Shown in pieces: positions 1 to 5,943 of a DNA stretch of 10,240 nt. Under the pieces are notes generated by a model. That model did not search any database. It was given only the letters and a program-made list of their open reading frames with translations, and had not been told where the DNA came from. The DNA is from an uncultured archaeon (GTDB lineage Archaea; Nanohalarchaeota; Nanosalinia; Nanosalinales; Nanosalinaceae). Each line of letters begins with the position of its first letter. Position 1 is the stretch's first letter. The position numbers were made by a program, and so were the translations under genes. The stretch is from positions 1 to 10,240 of the forward strand of contig CAZEKI010000028.1 of NCBI GenBank assembly GCA_964512895.1, given 5' to 3'.

Positions 1-1
1 C

Positions 2-196
2 TTCCCTCCTCTGGTCGAGCTCGAAAGTCTTGTTAAGCCCAAAGTCAACTAGCGTTCCCGAGACCTCCTTCTGGCTGGAGGAGAGGCCTGTAACCTCGTG
101 AATCGTTATGTTAGTGACATCAAGGTTAACCGCGGAGGCGCTGAACGCAAAAAACACCGTAAGGGCCAAAATCAGAAGTTTCCTTTGTTCCAGCAT
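2..196 (-). CDS. Partial CDS (first 65 codons; continues past the left window edge): predicted secreted or membrane-anchored protein with a signal-peptide-like N-terminus
   Basis: Absent from the supplied track because it has no stop in the window. The reverse complement of 196..2 reads MLEQRKLLILALTVFFAFSASAVNLDVTNITIHEVTGLSSSQKEVSGTLVDFGLNKTFELDQRREE without a stop. The N-terminus has basic residues, a hydrophobic run, then ASA. A GAGGTG Shine-Dalgarno-like motif (208..203 on the minus strand) lies 6 nt upstream of the ATG. The gene starts 10 nt after the stop of gene 207..647, so it is probably co-transcribed. Confidence 0.5.
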   Translation of the reverse strand, partial: MLEQRKLLILALTVFFAFSASAVNLDVTNITIHEVTGLSSSQKEVSGTLVDFGLNKTFELDQRRE

Positions 197-206
197 TCTT
201 GACACC

Positions 207-647
207 TCAGAGGTAAACTGTGACAACTCCGGCGACGTTTCCCAGTATGCCGACAAGCACCAGCCAGCGGTAGGTATCTGCCTGGTTCTCTACCTCTGTC
301 CCGGCCTCTTCTATCCTGTCTGTAGAGTTCGAAACCTGTTCAAAAGACTCGACCGCCTGCTGGGCGCTGTTGGCAAGCGTGCTTCCCTGAATCCTGCTGA
401 TATCCTCCAGGGCGGTCTGGAAGCCCTGGGATTCGATTATAGCCTCCGCCCTGTCGAACTGGCGGTTGACCTGGTTAAGCTCCTCGGAAACCGACTGAAG
501 TGTCAGGGTTGCGTGTATAGAAACTATCAGGAGCGTCGTGGACGCGATGACCAGTATCTTGCCGAGCTCGCGCCGGTCGATGCCGTACTCTTCGTGGAGG
601 TCTTCGGCGGTCTTCTCCAGCTCCTGAATCTTTTGCTTCGGCTTCAC
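207..647 (-). CDS. Hypothetical membrane protein: two TM helices flanking an acidic, helical (coiled-coil-like) ~75 aa loop
   Basis: 146-aa ORF with a GTG start. Hydrophobic segments are ILVIASTTLLIVSIHATLTL and WLVLVGILGNVAGVVTVYL. The intervening segment is Q/E/S-rich and helical-looking. Its acidic composition matches the rest of the window, whereas the overlapping plus-strand ORF 108..653 is R/L-rich, typical of the antisense of an acidic gene. No family recognised. Confidence 0.65.
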   Translation of the reverse strand: MKPKQKIQELEKTAEDLHEEYGIDRRELGKILVIASTTLLIVSIHATLTLQSVSEELNQVNRQFDRAEAIIESQGFQTALEDISRIQGSTLANSAQQAVESFEQVSNSTDRIEEAGTEVENQADTYRWLVLVGILGNVAGVVTVYL

Positions 648-666
648 AGGTAAGTTCTCGCACAGA

Positions 667-676
667 GGTTTAACTT
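667..676 (-). promoter_or_regulatory. Candidate TATA-like box for gene 207..647
   Basis: The minus strand reads AAGTTAAACC, centred about 25 nt upstream of the GTG at 647. This geometry fits an archaeal leaderless transcript. Confidence 0.35.
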
Positions 677-699
677 GTTTTTGTGGCTGTCGGAACCGG

Positions 700-706
700 T
701 TTAAAG
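700..706 (+). promoter_or_regulatory. Candidate TATA box (TTTAAAG) for gene 728..1132
   Basis: TTTAAAG is centred 25 nt upstream of ATG 728. This supports ATG 728 rather than the track's GTG 683 as the start, since 683 would lie upstream of the box. Confidence 0.4.
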
Positions 707-727
707 CTATGGACCGATGCCAAGAAC

Positions 728-1132
728 ATGACAGTCAAGCTCTGGATGGTGTTCGAGGCGCTGGCGCCTGACCGAGAAGGCCTTGAGGAATCGATGGACG
801 ACCACCTTGAAAAGCTGGAAAGCGAGAAAGGAGTCGAGGTAGTCGAGTCGGAAATGGATGAGGTTTCAAAGGTCCAGGACCCTCATCCCAGCCTAGAAGA
901 AGGCTTCTCCCAGGTATGCGAGGTCAGAACCGAGATAGACAGTTTCTCCAAGGCAGTAGAACTTGTTATCAACTACGGCCCCACCTATGTCCAGCTAGAA
1001 GGCCCGGATAACTACGATATGGGGCTTGCCGAGGGCCAGGAGACCCTACAGAACGTCGCGAACACGATGCATCAGTACGCCCAGATGGGTGCGGGCGGCA
1101 TTCTTATTTCCCGGGCCTCCGAAGACAACTAA
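728..1132 (+). CDS. Hypothetical acidic cytoplasmic protein (~134 aa), alpha/beta pattern, no family recognised
   Basis: In frame with track ORF 683..1132, and I prefer ATG 728 (MTVKLWMVFEAL...). It has no TM segment and is very acidic. The alternating beta/alpha-like pattern is VKLWMVFEA / EGLEESMDDHLEKLE / VEVVESE / FSQVCEVRTEI / FSKAVELVINYG / TYVQLEG. Confidence 0.7.
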   Translation: MTVKLWMVFEALAPDREGLEESMDDHLEKLESEKGVEVVESEMDEVSKVQDPHPSLEEGFSQVCEVRTEIDSFSKAVELVINYGPTYVQLEGPDNYDMGLAEGQETLQNVANTMHQYAQMGAGGILISRASEDN

Positions 1133-1133
1133 G

Positions 1134-1140
1134 TATTTAA
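1134..1140 (+). promoter_or_regulatory. Candidate TATA box (TATTTAA) for gene 1164..2051
   Basis: TATTTAA is centred 27 nt upstream of ATG 1164, immediately after the TAA stop (1130..1132) of the previous gene. Confidence 0.4.
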
Positions 1141-1163
1141 CACTGAGAGAAGCAAAAAAACAC

Positions 1164-2051
1164 ATGAGGAAGCTTTCTTTAGCGGTTTCCATAATATTCC
1201 TCCTCTCGATGGCGGGAGCCACAACTATCGGCAGCGAAGAGGTCACAGTGGATCTTTCCGACTCCAGCGTCCACGTGGACATAGAGGTCAAGGAGTTGAC
1301 CTCCTCAAAGCTCAGCTATATCACAAGCTACAGTGCACACGACGTATCCGCCACCTCAGGCGGCGAGACACTTAATTGCGAGGTACAGGGGCTCCAGATA
1401 GGTTCGGAGATAACATGCGAACCGCCGAGGCAGCATAACTTTACAGTTTCTCTGGACTTCCGGGGAACGGATTTCGTGTCGAACCAGCAGAATATCAAGG
1501 TCTTCCGTTACACACAGTCCATATACAGGCCGACAGACAGCTACTCTCTCAAGGTCATCCTGCCAAAAGGCACAGGTGTGCTGCAGAACGAGAACGTGTC
1601 AACGGCGGTAATCAGCCCGCCTGACGCCGAGAGAGGCAGTAACGGCCGCAGGATATTTGTCAAGTGGACCACCAACCCCGACCTGGGTGAGACACTCCAG
1701 TTCCAGGCGATTTATGAGGACTTCGCCCGACCGTTCGACTACGTCAAGTACGGTATCTTGGCCGCATCGCTTCTGCTTGTCGGGTTCTTCTCCTATCTCG
1801 GCTTCCGGAGGTTTAACAGAGAAAATATAGAAAACGTCTACGAAGAGCTGTCAGAGGACGAGATAGAGGTTATAGAGCTGCTGCGGGAGAACGAGGGTCA
1901 GATGCTGCAGAAGGACGTGGTCGAGAAGTCCGATTACTCCAAGGCCAAGATATCCGGTGTGGTCTCAGAGCTTGTGGACAAAGAAGTGATTTCGAAGGAG
2001 AAGAAGGGTAGGAGCAACCAGCTGTCCATATCCAAGAACTACAGTGCCTGA
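1164..2051 (+). CDS. Membrane-anchored winged-helix (MarR/ArsR/TrmB-like) transcriptional regulator with a beta-rich extracytoplasmic domain
   Basis: I use the internal ATG 1164 (MRKLSLAVSIIFLLSMAGATT...), because the track's 1026 start would overlap the upstream gene by 107 nt. Domain order is as follows:
- signal/anchor segment;
- ~180 aa S/T/V-rich ectodomain with 2 Cys;
- TM helix YGILAASLLLVGFFSYLGF (about nt 1749..1805);
- basic stop-transfer RRFNR;
- cytoplasmic wHTH-like segment LSEDEIEVIELLRENEGQMLQKDVVEKSDYSKAKISGVVSELVDKEVISKEKKGRSNQ (about nt 1848..2036).
This resembles the archaeal 'predicted membrane-associated transcriptional regulator' architecture. Confidence 0.75.
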   Translation: MRKLSLAVSIIFLLSMAGATTIGSEEVTVDLSDSSVHVDIEVKELTSSKLSYITSYSAHDVSATSGGETLNCEVQGLQIGSEITCEPPRQHNFTVSLDFRGTDFVSNQQNIKVFRYTQSIYRPTDSYSLKVILPKGTGVLQNENVSTAVISPPDAERGSNGRRIFVKWTTNPDLGETLQFQAIYEDFARPFDYVKYGILAASLLLVGFFSYLGFRRFNRENIENVYEELSEDEIEVIELLRENEGQMLQKDVVEKSDYSKAKISGVVSELVDKEVISKEKKGRSNQLSISKNYSA

Positions 2052-2052
2052 A

Positions 2053-2334
2053 TCACCGTGTAACGGTTATCGGGAGGTACTGTATCTGGTCCTGGAAGCT
2101 CTTCCGGCAGACACATTTCAGCTCGGTGTTCTCCTCGATTTTATCTGAGAGATTGACGTTCAGTACACCAGGAGGATAGCAGGCGATGCTTCCGTTGAAA
2201 GTCTGATTCGCACGGATGTCCTGCTCTATCCGGTCGCAGTAAGCCCCGTCCGACGGCCCTGTAAGACTGAAAGCCATGAAACCTACGAGCAGTCCGGCCG
2301 CAGCCATCGCCGCCAAAAAATACGTCTCTTTCAT
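2053..2334 (-). CDS. Small membrane-anchored or secreted protein with 4 Cys (93 aa), hypothetical
   Basis: N-terminal hydrophobic segment FLAAMAAAGLLVGFMAF. Cys at positions 33, 52, 74 and 76 (KCVCRK). Its ATG overlaps the stop of gene 2331..2972 in an ATGA arrangement (2331..2334). It is the last gene of the minus-strand operon. Confidence 0.65.
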   Translation of the reverse strand: MKETYFLAAMAAAGLLVGFMAFSLTGPSDGAYCDRIEQDIRANQTFNGSIACYPPGVLNVNLSDKIEENTELKCVCRKSFQDQIQYLPITVTR

Positions 2335-2972
2335 CCTATTATCTGTCTAAGTTCGGCCAGGGGAACATAGCGCCTGTAGGTTTTGTTACCGTTGACCACG
2401 ATGGTCGGTCCTCCGGTAACGTTATAGTCTGTTTGCAGCATCTCAAGCACCGAAGAGCCTTCTGTGTTAAGGTTGTAGCTGAATACGTACGTCCTGTTGT
2501 CCACTTTGTCACGGTACTCGGTAAGAACCGCTCCCTGTCTCCTGGATTCGATAGAGTTGTCAAAGAAGAAGAATATGAGCGAGACGTTGCCGCCACAGTA
2601 CGAACGGTAGTTCTGGAGCATGTTGTAGAGCCTGAGCTGGTTGACGTAGTAACGTTTCTTTAGATGGTCGAAATCCTTCTGGCTGCCAAGGCTGCTGCCG
2701 CTGAAAGACTGGAGGTCGCGTCCTATCTGTGCGTTTTGCTGGGCTATGTCCGGCACCTGGTTCTTGACAATAGTACAGTAGTTCTGGCTCGAGTCCTCCA
2801 GATACTGCTGTGTGACAAGGAAGGTATCGCTCCTGAGGTTGGACTCCTTTAACTGCTCCTCCAGATAGCTGGTTCTGGCGTCATCCATCTGTAGACCTAC
2901 AAGAACTCCTAGCAGGATAATCACGGTCGCTACGGCGGCTGCTTTAATCAGAGAGTCCTTTACTAGGTCCAT
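2331..2972 (-). CDS. Membrane-anchored protein with a C-terminal thioredoxin-fold-like domain lacking the CxxC motif (SIES instead)
   Basis: N-terminal TM AAAVATVIILLGVLVGL is followed by a helical Q/L-rich region. The C-terminal ~85 aa align by eye with the thioredoxin pattern:
- beta1: SLIFFFF;
- DNSIESRRQ where WCGPCK would sit;
- helix;
- beta: TYVFSYNL;
- helix;
- cis-Pro motif TGGPTIVVNG;
- C-terminal helix PLAELRQII.
The gene overlaps the GT2 stop by 10 nt (2963..2972). Confidence 0.7.
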   Translation of the reverse strand: MDLVKDSLIKAAAVATVIILLGVLVGLQMDDARTSYLEEQLKESNLRSDTFLVTQQYLEDSSQNYCTIVKNQVPDIAQQNAQIGRDLQSFSGSSLGSQKDFDHLKKRYYVNQLRLYNMLQNYRSYCGGNVSLIFFFFDNSIESRRQGAVLTEYRDKVDNRTYVFSYNLNTEGSSVLEMLQTDYNVTGGPTIVVNGNKTYRRYVPLAELRQIIG

Positions 2973-4192
2973 ATCCTTTTAGTTCGGAACAGCTCTTTTA
3001 AAATCGCCGCAACCCAGAAAGAGGCCTGTACTGCAAAGTAACCGAACATGTAAATCAGCAGCCCGAACGGGTGCTTGATGTCCTCGCCGGCATGGTTGTA
3101 TGCACGCTTTACGATGTAGCCTGTGAAGCCTATGCTCGCTACTAGCGGCAGAAATATCTTCCACTGCATGCCGAGGAACGCGCGGTAGGGTTCAATCGAC
3201 GAGAAGTCCGGTAGAACAAAACCGACAGCCGACCACTGGAGCAGTAAATTGAACAGGCCTTCGGAGACTCCGTAAAGTATCATTCCCAGGCCCAGTATAG
3301 CTATAAACGGCATCAGGAACTGAATCGGTAGCTGCAAAACACCAAACCAACCGTAGTTGCGCTTGAAGAACATACTCCGGTACTTCAGCGCGTTCAGCAT
3401 GCCGCCTCTTGCCCAGCGAACTCTCTGGGCATAGAGTTCTCTCAGGGTCATGGGGAACTCTGTCTCCGAATAAGTATGGTATACCATAGATATATCGCGA
3501 CCGTTCTTCCGGAGGCTCCACGCCATCTCCAGGTCTTCAGTCAGGTTTCCGACATCGAATCCTCCGACCTCCTTGACATCCGCAGTCCTGTACATGGAGA
3601 ACGCTCCTGGCGTGACATCGATAGTATTGATATGGTCCATCAGGCTCCGGTAGAAGTTTGTCATACGGTACTCCACCTCCTGGAGGCGACGGACAAAAGT
3701 GTCAGACCGCCATGCCCGTATAGAGGCTATGACCGCGGCCAGGTTTTCCTGGTGTTCCAGCTTTGCAGCTGCTTTTTCGAGAAGCTCTCCATCAATCTTT
3801 GAGTCAGCGTCGTGCACAACTACATAGTCGGAGCCTATCTGTTCAAGACCAGTGTTCAGCGCAGCGGCTTTTCCCAGATTTTCATCGTGGCTTAAAACCG
3901 TCAATATTGGGTTTTCATCGGCTATACGGGATGCCTTCTCCAGCGTCGAATCAGTTGAGCCATCGTCTACAAGAACCACATCGTAGTTACTGTAGTCAAG
4001 GCTACATGCGTTCTCTAGCGCTTCCTCGACAACATCCTCTTCGTTATAGGCCGCCATAAGAACCGTGATGGAAGGCTCGGTCTCAAGTTCGTATAGCTCC
4101 TCGTCCCTATCAGTGTGCAGAAAAACGTTCAGGTAGAACGCTATCAGAAATATTGAGGAGCCTATGAGCAGCCAGGCCAGGTAAGTTATCAT
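2963..4192 (-). CDS. Processive family-2 glycosyltransferase (PgaC/IcaA/NodC/hyaluronan-synthase-like membrane polysaccharide synthase)
   Basis: 409 aa with an N-terminal TM (YLAWLLIGSSIFLIAFYLNVFL). GT2 hallmarks appear in order: MAAYNEE, LVDDGSTD, HDADS (DxD), LTEDLE (TED) and QRVRWARGG (QxxRW, the processivity signature). Four C-terminal hydrophobic helices follow. Size and topology match PNAG, chito-oligosaccharide and hyaluronan synthases. Confidence 0.9.
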   Translation of the reverse strand: MITYLAWLLIGSSIFLIAFYLNVFLHTDRDEELYELETEPSITVLMAAYNEEDVVEEALENACSLDYSNYDVVLVDDGSTDSTLEKASRIADENPILTVLSHDENLGKAAALNTGLEQIGSDYVVVHDADSKIDGELLEKAAAKLEHQENLAAVIASIRAWRSDTFVRRLQEVEYRMTNFYRSLMDHINTIDVTPGAFSMYRTADVKEVGGFDVGNLTEDLEMAWSLRKNGRDISMVYHTYSETEFPMTLRELYAQRVRWARGGMLNALKYRSMFFKRNYGWFGVLQLPIQFLMPFIAILGLGMILYGVSEGLFNLLLQWSAVGFVLPDFSSIEPYRAFLGMQWKIFLPLVASIGFTGYIVKRAYNHAGEDIKHPFGLLIYMFGYFAVQASFWVAAILKELFRTKRIWT

Positions 4193-4197
4193 CTGTA

Positions 4198-5385
4198 TCA
4201 GCCCTTCATGGTTTCACGAAGGAACATAGTGGCGTATGCCCCTTTCGGAAGGTCGAACTTGACCTTCATCTTGTTTTTGGTCATGTTGAGGTCGTCCTCA
4301 TCTATCTCTAGTATCTCGAAGTTCTTGAAGTCTGCGAACGCCTTCCTGTCGTGACCCTCCGACCTGAGCTCCGGGAACTCCTGCAGTCGGAAATCTTCCT
4401 GGGAGACGCCCTCTTCATCCAGGATCTCCTCTACCATGTTGTCGACCTTGTTATCTCCCAGCTCCGTCTTGTATCCGACAAGCGGAATCTCCATATCTAT
4501 GTCTTCTATCTCGTCTTCCTCAAGCAGCCGGGACAGCACACGGTTGTAGACCCAAGACTGATAGGCGTGGATGAAAAGTTTCTGGAGGCCCTCTGGTAGC
4601 CGCTTAATTGCGCCCTGGTAGTCCTCCTCGTTCTTTGTAAGGTGGTACAGAAGGGCTTTTTCGTACCGGTAGTGCTTCGGGAACTTCTCGGCCATGTCCT
4701 CCACCTGCCGTGTATCCCAGAGTTCCTCGCGTACTTTTCTTATGCTCTTGTATTCTTCATCATAAGGTTTGGCTATGTATGTCCATACAGCCTCCTCGTA
4801 CTCGCCCTTGAGAAGCAGTCGCCCGACCTGATGTGTAATCGGACGGGTAGAACCGAAACGCTGGTCGCCGAAGTAGTTAGGGAACTTGCCGTCAAGCTCG
4901 TCGATAATCTTCAGGGTGCGGTTCCTGATGTCCTCGATAGGCAGGTTCAGGTTCCTGACCGCGATTTCGAACCTGTTGGCCTTGAGGTTGCCAAGCCCGA
5001 TGTGGCCATTCTCGCCGACCACTTCGAGGTCGAACTCGTCGGTGAAGACCTGCCGGACATCTTCCTCGGTGACGCCCTGGATAGAGATATACTGCTCGGT
5101 TACTGCTCTCTTGTCCTTGTTACCCGCGTAACCTATCCGGTTCTGGGAGATATGCAGCATATTGGAGAGCTTGTTGATAGCCTCCATCGTGGTCATGTTC
5201 TGCTTCCGGAGCTTCACGACCAGGTGGTCGCCTTCACCTGTCTCGTGTTCAGCGAGCTCCTTGACTATGAAGTCGTTTACCTGTTCCTTTATCTTGCCGC
5301 CTATACCTGGCACGTCAGTGTAGTACGCCCAGTCTTCGAGTTCTTCCATCATATGCAGACTCTCCTCCTCTTGCTCTTCGTTCAT
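4198..5385 (-). CDS. truD: tRNA pseudouridine synthase D (TruD/Pus7 family, Psi13 synthase)
   Basis: 395 aa. It contains the TruD signature with the catalytic Asp, GYAGNKDKRAVTEQ, and the second conserved motif NYFGDQRFG. Its ATG overlaps the pth2 stop (ATGA at 5382..5385). Only 5 nt separate its stop from the GT2 start. Confidence 0.93.
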   Translation of the reverse strand: MNEEQEEESLHMMEELEDWAYYTDVPGIGGKIKEQVNDFIVKELAEHETGEGDHLVVKLRKQNMTTMEAINKLSNMLHISQNRIGYAGNKDKRAVTEQYISIQGVTEEDVRQVFTDEFDLEVVGENGHIGLGNLKANRFEIAVRNLNLPIEDIRNRTLKIIDELDGKFPNYFGDQRFGSTRPITHQVGRLLLKGEYEEAVWTYIAKPYDEEYKSIRKVREELWDTRQVEDMAEKFPKHYRYEKALLYHLTKNEEDYQGAIKRLPEGLQKLFIHAYQSWVYNRVLSRLLEEDEIEDIDMEIPLVGYKTELGDNKVDNMVEEILDEEGVSQEDFRLQEFPELRSEGHDRKAFADFKNFEILEIDEDDLNMTKNKMKVKFDLPKGAYATMFLRETMKG

Positions 5386-5729
5386 TTGATTAATACCAGC
5401 TCACCAGTTATATTATCGATTTCAGTTTCTTCAGCGGGCCCAATACCTAAAGCTGTTGTGGTTCCGGGTTCTACCTCGGTTAATCCAGCGTCCTGTACCA
5501 GGTACGCCGGTAAACCTCGTGATTTCGCCTGTTCAAACAGCTCTTCAAGACTATTCTCACCCGCTTCAAGCACCACTTTTTTTGCACCCTCCGATTCCCA
5601 GTCTTCTTGCTGAGATGGAGATGCTCTCTTGTATGCGTTAATCGATGCGTGACAGGCCTGTGCTATCATCTTTCCTGTCGACATCTCAAGTTCCTCTTCC
5701 AGCACCAGGGCCTGTTTGGAGGGCGACAT
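5382..5729 (-). CDS. pth2: Archaeal-type peptidyl-tRNA hydrolase (Pth2)
   Basis: The sequence KQALVLEEELEMSTGKMIAQACHAS...KKVVLEA...GLPAYLVQDAGLTEVEPGTTTALGIGP matches the Pth2 pattern (K.V.VVR.DL.M..GK..AQ..HA ... V.DAG.T....G..T.L.IGP). The track starts at GTG 5747. I prefer ATG 5729 because homologues have only a few residues before the first strand, and a TATA-like ATAATAT (minus strand, 5764..5758) would place the transcription start downstream of 5747. Confidence 0.88.
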   Translation of the reverse strand: MSPSKQALVLEEELEMSTGKMIAQACHASINAYKRASPSQQEDWESEGAKKVVLEAGENSLEELFEQAKSRGLPAYLVQDAGLTEVEPGTTTALGIGPAEETEIDNITGELVLIK

Positions 5730-5845
5730 AATCTGAATTGGCCTCACACGTTTAAGGATATTATCTCAACTAATTGTTTTGGAACTTTAAGTACTTGTTG
5801 GTGACAACACCATGCGGATGGGGGGGGCTCAGAGCCAGCAAGTTA

Positions 5846-5874
5846 TGGGTCCGCCCAGATTACCGAACCGAACT
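5846..5874 (-). pseudogene. Fragment of the tRNA-Val 3' end (T-loop, T-stem and acceptor 3' strand): an exact 16-nt copy plus a further 6-nt match across a 7-nt insertion
   Basis: Minus-strand 5861..5846 reads AATCTGGGCGGACCCA, identical to tRNA positions 58-73 (5959..5944). Upstream, AGTTCG (5874..5869) also matches the tRNA T-arm and is separated from the 16-mer by GTTCGGT. No matching 5' acceptor strand (GGGTCCG) is nearby, so this is not a functional tRNA. Confidence 0.6.
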
Positions 5875-5943
5875 TCCTAAAGTTCGAGCATAGGGCTGGG
5901 TTCCAGTGAACCCGGCATTGCGTGTCCACCTGAGCGTAACCAG

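Noticed and set aside
108-653. 181-aa plus-strand ORF
   Set aside because: It lies antisense to two better minus-strand genes (207..647 and the partial 2..196). Its R/L/C-rich basic composition is typical of the reverse frame of an acidic gene and unlike every other protein here. It has no motifs.
1026-1163. N-terminal extension of the membrane regulator ORF (track start 1026), and GTG 683 as the start of the acidic protein
   Set aside because: The 1026 start would overlap the upstream CDS by 107 nt and add a basic R/P-rich leader before a clear signal/anchor sequence. TATA-like boxes sit 25-27 nt upstream of the internal ATGs (1164 and 728).
4642-5613. 323-aa plus-strand ORF, plus 4351..4599, 4886..5131 and 5456..5641
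   Set aside because: They lie antisense to truD and pth2, both of which carry unmistakable family motifs. The composition is low-complexity L/V/S/P-rich. These are shadow ORFs.
5748-5943. Possible C/D-box sRNA, RNase P RNA or SRP RNA in the longest intergenic gap
   Set aside because: There is no RUGAUGA C box on either strand; only an isolated CUGA is present. No RNase P CR-I/CR-V-like strings are present, and the length is too short. Only simple hairpins are visible.
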